Assembly (NCBI GenBank): GCA_018662325.1
Contig: JABJGM010000014.1
Coordinates: 8,237 to 72,236 of the forward strand
Reading direction: 5' to 3'
Origin: a bacterium
GTDB lineage: Bacteria; Patescibacteriota; Gracilibacteria; UBA1369; GCA-2718715
DNA: 64,000 nt
The number at the start of each line of letters is the position of its first letter. The first letter of the stretch is position 1. This document shows, in pieces, positions 1 through 9,444 of this stretch. The notes under the pieces are model-generated. The model saw only the letters and a list, made by a program, of their open reading frames with translations. It was not told the DNA's origin and did not search any database. The translations under genes and the position numbers were made by a program.

Positions 1-233
1 AAATCATGATTTGAAAGATCAGATACTATTTCCGAACATTTTTCAAAATCTAAATCCTTTAAATCAGAAATACTTACCCCCAAATTAAATTCCCTAAAAA
101 TCCTATCTAACTCTAAACTCTCAGAATTAAGACTTTTTAATAATTTATTATAAAGCTTATCCTTTATTTCAGCGGAAGATAATTCAGACTGAGTTAACAA
201 AGAGATACCTTTATTCATTTTTTCTATTGACAT
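1..233 (-). CDS. Hypothetical protein, N-terminal part (runs off the window start)
   Basis: Manual translation from ATG 233: MSIEKMNKGISLLTQSELSSAEIKDKLYNKLL..., open to base 1; promoter-like TTGACA/TATAGT upstream. Confidence 0.65.
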   Translation of the reverse strand, partial: MSIEKMNKGISLLTQSELSSAEIKDKLYNKLLKSLNSESLELDRIFREFNLGVSISDLKDLDFEKCSEIVSDLSNHD

Positions 234-255
234 ATTTAAAATTAATCTTAGTGAG

Positions 256-283
256 ACTATACATTCTTTTGAAACTATGTCAA
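256..283 (-). promoter_or_regulatory. sigma70-type promoter of the orphan gene at 1-233
   Basis: TTGACA (283-278), 16 nt, TATAGT (261-256). Confidence 0.55.
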
Positions 284-345
284 ATTAAATATAAGATATC
301 AGCTACAAAATTTGCATTATTTGACAAAAAGAGTAAAATACAAAT

Positions 346-1266
346 ATGAAAATTACCTATGAAAACGATTTTACTCAGAGAATCGACCAATACCTGACTA
401 GAAAATTAGAAAAATCTAGAAACCAAATCCAAAATTTAATAAAAGATGGTTTTATTTTAGTAAACAATCAAAAAGTTACTAAAAAATACCAAATAAATTT
501 AAATGATGAAATCTCTATTCAATTTCCAGAAGTAAAAATACAAAAAGGAATCCAAGGTAAAATAAACATCGCTTATGAAAACGATGACTTTTTAGCAATT
601 AACAAACCTGCAGATTTATCGGTTCATAACGACATAAACTTAAATCAAGATAGAACATTAGTTGATCTTTTAATTGGAAATAAAATCAAACTATCTTCAA
701 TTGGAGCACCAATCAGACCCGGAATAGTTCATCGATTAGATAAAGATACAAGCGGAATAGTTTTAATAGCTAAAAACGATAAAGCTCACGTGGAGCTTTC
801 AAGTTTATTTTCAGATAAAAAAATTACCAAAACCTATTTATGCTTGGTTCAAAACGTTCCAAAAACTCAGAAAGGAACGATTAACTCACCTATCAAAAGG
901 CATCACGAAGAAAGAACTAAAATGACAATCTCGAGTCAATTTGATGCAAAACCAGCCGTGACACACTTTGAAATTATTCAAAATTACAAATTTCTAGACA
1001 CTTATTACAGTTTACTAAAGGTAAACATAGAAACAGGTAGAACTCATCAGATTAGAGTTCATATGCAAGCAATCGATCACCCTATAGTTGCAGATCAAAA
1101 ATATGGCAACCAAAAAACTAATCAAGACTTCAAAAAAATAGGATTAAATAGACAATTTCTACATGCAGCAAGTTTAGAATTTGAGTTTAAGAAAGAACAT
1201 CATGAAATTGCAACCGAACTACCCGCAGAACTACAACAAATCTTAGATAAACTTACAATTGTTTAA
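346..1266 (+). CDS. rluD: RluA/RluD family 23S rRNA pseudouridine synthase
   Basis: S4-like N-terminus, INKP, GIVHRLDKDTSG, TGRTHQIRVH, LHA motifs. Confidence 0.93.
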   Translation: MKITYENDFTQRIDQYLTRKLEKSRNQIQNLIKDGFILVNNQKVTKKYQINLNDEISIQFPEVKIQKGIQGKINIAYENDDFLAINKPADLSVHNDINLNQDRTLVDLLIGNKIKLSSIGAPIRPGIVHRLDKDTSGIVLIAKNDKAHVELSSLFSDKKITKTYLCLVQNVPKTQKGTINSPIKRHHEERTKMTISSQFDAKPAVTHFEIIQNYKFLDTYYSLLKVNIETGRTHQIRVHMQAIDHPIVADQKYGNQKTNQDFKKIGLNRQFLHAASLEFEFKKEHHEIATELPAELQQILDKLTIV

Positions 1267-1978
1267 ACTTTTGTTCTAAAACTTTATTAAAGTTATTCCA
1301 ATTTTCAAATATTAAGATAGAATCAAGTCCGGCTTCCTTAAATTCTTTTTTCAAAGAAGTATATTTACTATACGCAAAAAAATGAAAGCCCATATAAGTA
1401 GAAACTTTATAATCAGTAAGATGATCTCCAATACTTATAATCTGATTAGGCTTTATTCCATCTTTGGAAAGCTTATCATAAACATACATAAACATAGCAG
1501 GTTCAGGTTTCTTTTTAAATCCGTCTTCTTGTGAAACTACAGAAATAAAACCACTTAAATCAAAACCTAGTTGCTGTAATCTCTGTTTCAAACCAAAGCT
1601 TCGATTAGAAACAACAGCAATTTGAATACCAGCAATTTTTAATTCCTTAAACCAATTTTTAAATTCATATTCTGTATAATAATCATAATCAGAATATTTA
1701 GACTTAAATAACTCAAATAGATCAAGAGCTGATAAGGGAAGAGACTTCAAACAATCCAAATTTAAGATTGATTCAAACATATCTACCAGATTAGAATTCA
1801 TCCTTAAAACCTCCATAACTTGAAGCTCATTTAGATCTAAATTGAATTCTAGATCGAAAAGTTTAGATAAAACCTGAAACAAACTTTTATTTGTAGAACT
1901 AATAGTATTATCAAAATCAAAAATAATGGCTTTCACACCATTAAGTTTTAAACTTTCTAAATTTCTTTGAATATCCAT
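1253..1978 (-). CDS. HAD-superfamily hydrolase (phosphoglycolate phosphatase-like)
   Basis: FDFDNT motif I, VVSN, KKKPEP, IGDH. Confidence 0.85.
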   Translation of the reverse strand: MDIQRNLESLKLNGVKAIIFDFDNTISSTNKSLFQVLSKLFDLEFNLDLNELQVMEVLRMNSNLVDMFESILNLDCLKSLPLSALDLFELFKSKYSDYDYYTEYEFKNWFKELKIAGIQIAVVSNRSFGLKQRLQQLGFDLSGFISVVSQEDGFKKKPEPAMFMYVYDKLSKDGIKPNQIISIGDHLTDYKVSTYMGFHFFAYSKYTSLKKEFKEAGLDSILIFENWNNFNKVLEQKFKQL

Positions 1979-1991
1979 TTACAGAGAATTT

Positions 1992-2016
1992 AAAAAACCC
2001 ACTTTATTGTGGGTTT
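1992..2016 (-). terminator. Intrinsic terminator after rplU
   Basis: AAACCCAC/GTGGGTTT stem with U-run on the minus strand. Confidence 0.7.
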
Positions 2017-2020
2017 AGAT

Positions 2021-2335
2021 TTATTTGCAAGAAGTAACCTCTAAAGTTGTTTCATGCTGTCTAGCACTACTATTAATTCGGTATCTTTTCTTAGGTTTCA
2101 TTTTAAAAACTCTAACTTTCTTACCTTTTTGATTTGATACTACTTTAAAAGTAACTTCAGAACCTTCTACGTAAGGAGCTCCAAGTTCAACGGTTTTACC
2201 ATCTTCTGAAAACTTAGCTAAAACCTTATCACATTTAATAGTTTTAGATTCTTCAACGTTTTGATTATTAACAGTCAATACATCACCTTTTTTAACTTTG
2301 TATTGGTGTCCAGCAAATTCTACTACGAAATACAT
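2021..2335 (-). CDS. rplU: 50S ribosomal protein L21
   Basis: MYFVVEFAGHQYKVKKGD...GAPYVEG...KVRVFKMKPKKRY. Confidence 0.95.
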   Translation of the reverse strand: MYFVVEFAGHQYKVKKGDVLTVNNQNVEESKTIKCDKVLAKFSEDGKTVELGAPYVEGSEVTFKVVSNQKGKKVRVFKMKPKKRYRINSSARQHETTLEVTSCK

Positions 2336-2393
2336 GTTTTACAATTTAATAAATTTCCATCAAATATTAGTCAAAATAAACATAAAAAGCAAG

Positions 2394-2930
2394 TTATTTT
2401 TTAAAAAACTTATCAAGAGCAACTTCGAAAGCTTCTTCAAAGACTTTAGAAAGATTCTCCAATTCAGATTTATGAAAATCACTAAGAACAAAATCACTTA
2501 ATTTAGACATTCTACCTTCAACTTCTATACCAAGTTTTAAACGAGCAAAATTGTTATCTTTAAGCTTTAAAATAATATCTCTCATACCGTTGTGAGTGCC
2601 AGCAGAACCCTTAGATCTAAATCTAACATCCTGAAAAGACAAATCAATATCATCAAATACAATCATAATATCACTTAAGTCTACTTTGAAATAATTTATT
2701 AGCAAGCTAACAGAATCACCAGATAAATTCATATAGGTTGTAGGCTTTACCAATAAAATCTTTTCACCACCTATAAAACCTTCACTAATATAAGATTTTA
2801 AATTTGATTTTAAGGAAAATTCAGAAAAAGCAAATTTTTGCTTTAAATAATCTAAAAACAAGAAACCTATATTGTGTCTAGTTTTAAAGTATTTAGTACC
2901 AACATTTCCAAGTCCAAAAACTATTTTCAT
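2394..2930 (-). CDS. pth: Peptidyl-tRNA hydrolase
   Basis: GLGNVG...TRHNIGF, KPTTYMNLSG, DDIDL, GTHNGM. Confidence 0.96.
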   Translation of the reverse strand: MKIVFGLGNVGTKYFKTRHNIGFLFLDYLKQKFAFSEFSLKSNLKSYISEGFIGGEKILLVKPTTYMNLSGDSVSLLINYFKVDLSDIMIVFDDIDLSFQDVRFRSKGSAGTHNGMRDIILKLKDNNFARLKLGIEVEGRMSKLSDFVLSDFHKSELENLSKVFEEAFEVALDKFFKK

Positions 2931-2941
2931 ATATATAAAAA

Positions 2942-4300
2942 TTATTCGCCTCTATATATTAACTCTTTTGAATCAATTAAGACAATATCCCCAACTTTTA
3001 TTCCTGCTCTTCTTAAATCTTTATTAATACCAAGCTTATTAATTACATCGTATACACGAGCTAAAGCTTGTCTATTAGTATAATCAGTCATATTTGATAT
3101 TTGCTCAAGACGTGGACACTTAATCTCAAAAATCGATGCTGTGTACTCATTGTCCATAAACTGATCAGAATGAGTTTTTTCACCAACTTTTTCAACAGTG
3201 AAAGCTTTTGGATTTTTAAGATGTGGAGTATACGTAGTAACGTCTGCTTCTACATCGTTTAATTCAATTTCCTCTATTATTTTAGTTCTATGAGAAACTA
3301 TAAAATCATACAGATCAAAAATCAAAGAATTTAAATTTTTATGGGTAACAGCTGAAACACAATAATATTTATTTTTTAATTTTGGAAATTTTTCAAAAAA
3401 CTCTTCTAGTTTAAAACTCAACTCTTCCTCATCAATCGCATCTATTTTATTGAAAACTAAAAACTGAGGTCTAGTAGCTAATTCAGATGAGAACTTCTTT
3501 AACTCATTATTAATAACTGAGTAGTTATCAATGAAATTATCATCTAAAATATCAACTAAATGAATTAAAATAGGAGCCCTCTGTACATGTCTTAAGAATT
3601 GAATACCAAGACCCTTACCAGTTGAAGCACCTTCAATCAAACCAGGTATATCTGCAACAACAAAACTTCCATCTTGATTTTTATCAAACTCAGACAATTT
3701 AACTACACCTAAATTTGGAATCAAAGTAGTGAAAGGATAATCAGCAATTTTAGGTTTTGCATTTGAAACAACTGAAATCAAAGTTGACTTACCTGCCGAA
3801 GGGATTCCAATAATTGCACAATCTGCTACTAACTGTAATTCTAAATCAACCTCAACTCCTTGACCTTCTTCTCCAAGCTCCGCAAACTTAGGCGCTTGCC
3901 TTGTAGATGTTTTAAAATGAGAGTTACCAAATCCTCCTTTACCCCCTTTGGCAACTAACACACGAGTGTTAGGTTCGTTTAAATCAAAAATTAATTCTTT
4001 AGTTAAAGAATCAATAATCTTAGTCCCTAAAGGAACTTTTAAAACTAAGTCTTCTCCAGCTTTACCAGCACAATTTTTCTTAGCACCACCTGTTCCGTTT
4101 GAAGATTCAAAATGCTTAGTAGATAAATAATCGGAAAGAGTATTTAAATTCAAATCTACTTCAAAGAAAATATTTCCACCGGATCCACCGTTTCCACCAT
4201 CGGGACCTCCCCATGGTTCGAATTTCTCTCTTCTAAATGAAACAAGTCCATCCCCTCCTTTACCAGCTTTTACTTTTATCGAAGCTTCATCTGAAAACAT
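2942..4300 (-). CDS. obg: GTPase ObgE/CgtA with C-terminal OCT domain; true start is ATG 4300 (MFSDEA)
   Basis: Gly-rich Obg fold, GIPSAGKST, YPFTTL, DIPGLIEGA, NKID. Confidence 0.97.
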   Translation of the reverse strand: MFSDEASIKVKAGKGGDGLVSFRREKFEPWGGPDGGNGGSGGNIFFEVDLNLNTLSDYLSTKHFESSNGTGGAKKNCAGKAGEDLVLKVPLGTKIIDSLTKELIFDLNEPNTRVLVAKGGKGGFGNSHFKTSTRQAPKFAELGEEGQGVEVDLELQLVADCAIIGIPSAGKSTLISVVSNAKPKIADYPFTTLIPNLGVVKLSEFDKNQDGSFVVADIPGLIEGASTGKGLGIQFLRHVQRAPILIHLVDILDDNFIDNYSVINNELKKFSSELATRPQFLVFNKIDAIDEEELSFKLEEFFEKFPKLKNKYYCVSAVTHKNLNSLIFDLYDFIVSHRTKIIEEIELNDVEADVTTYTPHLKNPKAFTVEKVGEKTHSDQFMDNEYTASIFEIKCPRLEQISNMTDYTNRQALARVYDVINKLGINKDLRRAGIKVGDIVLIDSKELIYRGE

Positions 4301-4355
4301 TTTATATAGATTATTTAAATAAAAAACTTTATAATAAGACCTTATAACAAAGTTT

Positions 4356-5027
4356 ATGGAAAAACAAGTCCCAAACCTACAAATAAGCTTTGATTTAAAA
4401 TCAATCAATCAAAAAGAAGAAACCCTTAAAGACGAACTTTTATCCTATAATTTTCTTAAAGAAAACATTCAAGGTTTTATAAGGTTACAAATATTCACAA
4501 GAATGCTACACCCGCTAAGAAGAGTTACAACTTTAGACTACAATAGAATATTCCTACAACACATTGAAAGTTCTAATTTTCAGTTTAATATTCTTCAAGA
4601 TAGCCAACATTTTACATTTGAAAAATTTATAGAAATGCAAAAATTACTATTTATAATCAAAAAACTCAATGGAACAACCTGTTCTTTCAATACAAAAAAA
4701 ATAAACATACTCTCTAGTGTCACTCATTTACAAGCAGACTACTTATATGATTTGAAAAGCAGTTTGCTAGATATAACTCCAGCAAATGATAAGATTCCTA
4801 GCGAAAAATTAGAAAAGATACACTTTTACTTATTATCTATCTTATTTAAATTAATCAATACACAAACTATACCTCACTATATTTCACACGAAACACTAAC
4901 CGAATTGGAACTTTCAAGTGTTAGAGATTTTTACCCACAACTATTAGAACTATGCTTTTTAAATCACTCAGAAACAATGCTCAAGAACTGTCACTTCGAA
5001 GAACATTTCAAATTAACCTACCACTAA
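4356..5027 (+). CDS. Hypothetical protein, abutting the downstream peptidase gene
   Basis: 223-aa ORF; its stop directly precedes ATG 5028; no motif recognised. Confidence 0.6.
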   Translation: MEKQVPNLQISFDLKSINQKEETLKDELLSYNFLKENIQGFIRLQIFTRMLHPLRRVTTLDYNRIFLQHIESSNFQFNILQDSQHFTFEKFIEMQKLLFIIKKLNGTTCSFNTKKINILSSVTHLQADYLYDLKSSLLDITPANDKIPSEKLEKIHFYLLSILFKLINTQTIPHYISHETLTELELSSVRDFYPQLLELCFLNHSETMLKNCHFEEHFKLTYH

Positions 5028-6011
5028 ATGAAAGCCATATTAATAACTGATAAAAACAACTTAAAGTATATAACTAAAAAGAATTACAGCAATATGTTTG
5101 TAATCTTAATTGATAATGAAAAACATTTATTTACAGACCAAAGATACAAAATTGCAACTAAAGAATGTACGGACTTTAAAGTTTGGATATATACAAATCT
5201 AAAAGAAACAATTCAAGAATTTCTAAAAACAAATCCGATTCAAAAACTAATGTTTGAACCAACTGACTTAACAATATCTAAACACAAATCATTCAAGAGA
5301 TTTTTTAAAGGAGTAGAATTTAAACCCCTAAAAGAAAACCCGGTTTTCACCGAAAGAAAATTCAAAACACAAGAAGAAATCGAAAACATAAAAGAAGCAC
5401 AAAAATTAAATGAAAAAATCTACCTACTTGCAACAAAAAAAATTAAAGAAGGTGTTACCGAAAAACAAATAGCAAATTTTATTAAAATCCAAGCCTTAAA
5501 AGAGAATTCAGAAATTTCATTTGAACCTATAGTAGGTTTTGCGTATAACTCTGGAAATATTCATCACACCCCTACTAACAAAGAATACAAAAACGGAGAC
5601 TGTGTATTAATAGACATGGGAGTAAAATACAAAGATTACTGCTCTGATATGACAAGAGTAATACCATCTAAAAACAAAGATTACCAAAATCACTATAATT
5701 TCTTGAAAAATTTAATCAAAAATATAGAAAATAATTTTAGTCAATTTAAAACCCTAGAAGACCTAGATGAATTCACCAGCAAAGAATATGAGAAATTAGA
5801 AAATATAAACCTTCCTCATTCATTAGGCCATGGAATAGGAATACAAGTTCACGAAAAGCCATTTTTTGGAGAAAAAACCAAAATAGAAGATGGACTAGTG
5901 TTTACCATAGAACCAGGAATATACATACCAGGAAAGTATGGGATTAGACTTGAAAACATTTATTACATACATAAAAACAAGCTCACAAATTGCAACACTT
6001 TAGATCTTTAA
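5028..6011 (+). CDS. Xaa-Pro aminopeptidase (M24 family)
   Basis: IDMGVKYKDYCSDMTR, HSLGHGIGIQVHE, TIEPGIY, GIRLEN. Confidence 0.93.
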   Translation: MKAILITDKNNLKYITKKNYSNMFVILIDNEKHLFTDQRYKIATKECTDFKVWIYTNLKETIQEFLKTNPIQKLMFEPTDLTISKHKSFKRFFKGVEFKPLKENPVFTERKFKTQEEIENIKEAQKLNEKIYLLATKKIKEGVTEKQIANFIKIQALKENSEISFEPIVGFAYNSGNIHHTPTNKEYKNGDCVLIDMGVKYKDYCSDMTRVIPSKNKDYQNHYNFLKNLIKNIENNFSQFKTLEDLDEFTSKEYEKLENINLPHSLGHGIGIQVHEKPFFGEKTKIEDGLVFTIEPGIYIPGKYGIRLENIYYIHKNKLTNCNTLDL

Positions 6012-6030
6012 TTCTGTCAACAAGAGAGTT

Positions 6031-6059
6031 TTGACTACAAAAAGCATGCAAGGTAAATT
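6031..6059 (+). promoter_or_regulatory. sigma70-type promoter of glmS
   Basis: TTGACT (6031-6036), 17 nt, TAAATT (6054-6059). Confidence 0.5.
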
Positions 6060-6081
6060 GATATCATCTAACCTTAATATC

Positions 6082-7860
6082 ATGTGTGGTATTTTTTGCT
6101 TTTCTTCGAATGAAGAAATAAACTCAAACATAGGCATAAACGGACTAAAAAAACTTGAATACAGAGGCTATGACTCCTTTGGAGCTTTCCAAATCAACAA
6201 CAATAAAATAAATCTCACAAAAGAGATTGGGGAAGTGGAAAAGTTTTCATTTACCGAAGATATAAAGACAAAGTATTTTCTGTCCCATACAAGATGGGCA
6301 ACCCACGGAAAAGTCAGCCAAGAAAATTCACATCCTCATTTATCAAATGATTCAAATATAATAATAGTTCACAATGGAATAATTGAAAACTTCCAAGAAC
6401 TAAAAGATTCCCTAATCAACAAAGGATATAAATTTAAATCACAAACAGATACGGAAGTTATCAGCAACCTAATCCAAGAAGAACTAATCACTCAGAGCAA
6501 CTTTCTTAAAGCTACCAATGAAATCTGTAAAAAACTCGCAGGAAGATATTCATTTGTGGCTTTTAATGTTAAAACAAAAGAAATGATCGGCGCAAGAAAC
6601 GGATCTCCTTTAATCATTGGGAAAAAGGGTAATTCAATTTTCATATCATCTGATGCTCCAGCTTTTTTTGATATCACAAATACAGTTTCATATATTGACG
6701 ATGGTCAAATTGCGTATGTAAATCAAAAACTAAAAAAAGATTGTATTTTTTACAAAATGAACAACTTAGAAGAAATATATAAAAAAGAAATAAAAATCGA
6801 AACAGAAAATCAGAATGTTCATAAAGAAAACTTTAAACATTATATGCTTAAAGAAATAATGGAACAAAAATATACAATCAAAAGAGCTATAGAAACAAAC
6901 AAAGAAGCAATCACAAAACTTGCAAACCTAATTAACGAAAAGAAAAAAGTGTATTTTATAGGATGCGGAACTTCAGCTTTTGTAGGACAAAGTAGCAAAT
7001 ATATTTTTCATGATATTGCAAATCTAAAAACAGACTTTGAAATCTCAAGCGAATTTAAGTCTATTCAAAATTTCATAGACAAAGATACAGTTGTAATAGG
7101 ACTATCGCAAAGCGGTGAAACCATAGATACAATTGAGGCACTTGAAATAGCCAAATCAAAAGGAGCAACAACAGCCTGCATTGTTAACAACGAAAACTCT
7201 ACTATGTATAGATTTTGCGACACTGCAATACCAGTAAAAGCTGGAGCCGAAATAGCAGTAGCATCTACAAAAAGCACAACATCCAAAATGGCAATATTAA
7301 TCCTGACAGCTTATAGCTGCATTAATAAGCAAAAAATAGGCCTTAGTGAACTAATAAAAAACCAAGCACTAATAAACGATATGCTTAACCCAGGATTCGA
7401 AGAACATATTATACAAATAGCTAAGAAATTTTTTCACCACAAGCATATGTTTGTAATTGGCAAAGGTTATAATTTTATTGTCGCATTAGAGGGAGCTTTA
7501 AAGATCAAAGAATTAAGCTATATTAACACTCAAGCCTTTCAAGCTGGAGAGCTAAAACACGGATCAATTGCGTTAATAGAAAAAGGAACTCCTGTAATTG
7601 CTATTGCACCTAAAGATTGTAATCAAAACGATGTACTAACAAGCGCTCATGAAATAAAATCAAGAGGAGGAGTAATCATTGGTTTATCTGAAAATAAATC
7701 GGAAGTTTTTGATGAATTTATAAAAGTTCCAAACTGCAAAGAAGGAAACTTAATGGCATACACTATCCCCCTTCAAATATTCTCCTATCACTTAGCAAAC
7801 TTCAATAAATTCAACCCAGACAAACCAAGAAATTTAGCAAAATGTGTTACGGTTAAATAA
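6082..7860 (+). CDS. glmS: Glutamine--fructose-6-phosphate transaminase; true start is ATG 6082 (MCGI)
   Basis: N-terminal catalytic Cys, EYRGYDS, HTRWATHG, SQSGET, KPRNLAKCVTV. Confidence 0.97.
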   Translation: MCGIFCFSSNEEINSNIGINGLKKLEYRGYDSFGAFQINNNKINLTKEIGEVEKFSFTEDIKTKYFLSHTRWATHGKVSQENSHPHLSNDSNIIIVHNGIIENFQELKDSLINKGYKFKSQTDTEVISNLIQEELITQSNFLKATNEICKKLAGRYSFVAFNVKTKEMIGARNGSPLIIGKKGNSIFISSDAPAFFDITNTVSYIDDGQIAYVNQKLKKDCIFYKMNNLEEIYKKEIKIETENQNVHKENFKHYMLKEIMEQKYTIKRAIETNKEAITKLANLINEKKKVYFIGCGTSAFVGQSSKYIFHDIANLKTDFEISSEFKSIQNFIDKDTVVIGLSQSGETIDTIEALEIAKSKGATTACIVNNENSTMYRFCDTAIPVKAGAEIAVASTKSTTSKMAILILTAYSCINKQKIGLSELIKNQALINDMLNPGFEEHIIQIAKKFFHHKHMFVIGKGYNFIVALEGALKIKELSYINTQAFQAGELKHGSIALIEKGTPVIAIAPKDCNQNDVLTSAHEIKSRGGVIIGLSENKSEVFDEFIKVPNCKEGNLMAYTIPLQIFSYHLANFNKFNPDKPRNLAKCVTVK

Positions 7861-7974
7861 AATAAAAAAGATCTTAAAGGCGAAGTTTTTGAAAATTATA
7901 AAATTATACGTCAAGAAAAAAATTTTTATAAATACTGCAAATAATGCTAAAAATTAATAGTAACTTTGAATTTT

Positions 7975-8946
7975 ATGAAAGAAATAATAATAACAACTTT
8001 AGGTCCAAGTTCTCATGACATAAGCACTATAAAAGAACTTATTAAAGCAGGAACTTCGCACTTTAGATTAAATATGTCGCACGGAACAATTGCAGATCAC
8101 AAAACATTAATTTCTTACATAGAAGCTGCAAATAAGAATTTAAAAACAAAGACTGAAATAATAATCGATTTACCAGGACCGAAATTTAGAATAGAAAAAG
8201 TTAATGAACTAAAATCAAAACAAAATGTTTACATCACAGACCAAAATCTAAGAAACAGTTTCTCTATAAACATAAAAGAAATATACGATCAAATCCAGGA
8301 AGGGCAAATAATTTACATTAGAGATGGAGAAATAAAATTAAAAGTTGAAAAAATAAACTTTGATGAAAAAATTATCCAATGTGAATATTTAGTATACGGA
8401 GAAATAAAACCTGAAAACGGTTTAAATTTCATAGAAAGTAATTTAAAAATACCTATTATTAAACCTCAAGATATTTGCTTTTTAGAGCTAGCGGAAAGTC
8501 AAAATATCACAAACTTTATGCTAAGCTTTGTTAACGTAGCTAGCGATATTCAAAATGCAAAAAAATTACTTCCAGCTAACTCAACTATATTTACTAAAAT
8601 AGAGACTAAAAAAGCTATATCAAACTTAAGTAAGATAATAAAAGAAAGCAACTACCTAGTAATTGCCAGAGGTGATCTAGGGGTTGAAACCGACTTATTT
8701 ATGCTACCTCAAACAACATTAAAAATAATTGAAAAAGCTAAAAAAGAAAAAATTCCATGTGTTTATGCAACTGAAATATTAAAAAGTATGATCACAAATT
8801 CAAGACCCTCAAGAGCCGAAGTAACAGATATGTATTTCGCTATTACAAATGGAGTAAGAAACTTTCTAGTATCAAATGAAACAGCCATTGGATTATATCC
8901 TATAAAATGTATAGAAACTATAAAAACTATGCTGTCAAAGCATTAA
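7975..8946 (+). CDS. pyk: Pyruvate kinase, short form without the C-terminal domain
   Basis: TLGPSS, RLNMSHG, DLPGPKFR, KIET, ARGDLGVE, RAEVTD, SNETAIG. Confidence 0.92.
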   Translation: MKEIIITTLGPSSHDISTIKELIKAGTSHFRLNMSHGTIADHKTLISYIEAANKNLKTKTEIIIDLPGPKFRIEKVNELKSKQNVYITDQNLRNSFSINIKEIYDQIQEGQIIYIRDGEIKLKVEKINFDEKIIQCEYLVYGEIKPENGLNFIESNLKIPIIKPQDICFLELAESQNITNFMLSFVNVASDIQNAKKLLPANSTIFTKIETKKAISNLSKIIKESNYLVIARGDLGVETDLFMLPQTTLKIIEKAKKEKIPCVYATEILKSMITNSRPSRAEVTDMYFAITNGVRNFLVSNETAIGLYPIKCIETIKTMLSKH

Positions 8947-9393
8947 ACACAGTGCTATTGCGTCAATACTATCATCTATTATCTTACCAGAAGATTTTAG
9001 TTTTAACTGTCTAAAGACCATTTCTTTCACCTGATCTTTAGATGCATTTCCATCACCTGTAACCGCAAGCTTCATTTGACTGGGAGAGACATCTATTACC
9101 TCAACACCATTTTTTACACACTCTAAACAAATCACTCCTCTACTTTGAGCAACATCAATCGCAGTTTTCTGGTTATTACTAAAGAAAACTTTTTCAATTA
9201 CAGCCTTTTGGGGTTCAAACTTTTTAATGATCTGCTCTAAATCTCTTGAGATTTCAAAAATTCTTTCATATAAATGCATAGATTTATCAGTTGAAATTAA
9301 ACAACTGAAAATATATTTATATTGATTATTAACCTTTTCCAAAATACAAACTCCCACTCTATCAAATCCTGGATCAATACCTAAAATTCTCAT
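8935..9393 (-). CDS. ruvC: Holliday junction resolvase RuvC
   Basis: ILGIDPG, IEKVFF, QSRGV, VTGDGNASK, DDSIDAIA. Confidence 0.95.
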   Translation of the reverse strand: MRILGIDPGFDRVGVCILEKVNNQYKYIFSCLISTDKSMHLYERIFEISRDLEQIIKKFEPQKAVIEKVFFSNNQKTAIDVAQSRGVICLECVKNGVEVIDVSPSQMKLAVTGDGNASKDQVKEMVFRQLKLKSSGKIIDDSIDAIALCLML

Positions 9394-9444
9394 ATATTTT
9401 TTTTATAATTTATATTATTATATATCCAAACCAAATAAATTTAA

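Noticed and set aside
4301..4408. N-terminal extension of Obg
   Set aside because: The conserved start MFxDE is at 4300; the extension would overlap the divergent gene
6012..6081. glmS ribozyme or N-terminal extension of GlmS
   Set aside because: Space is too short and holds a promoter; GlmS needs Cys at position 2 (ATG 6082)
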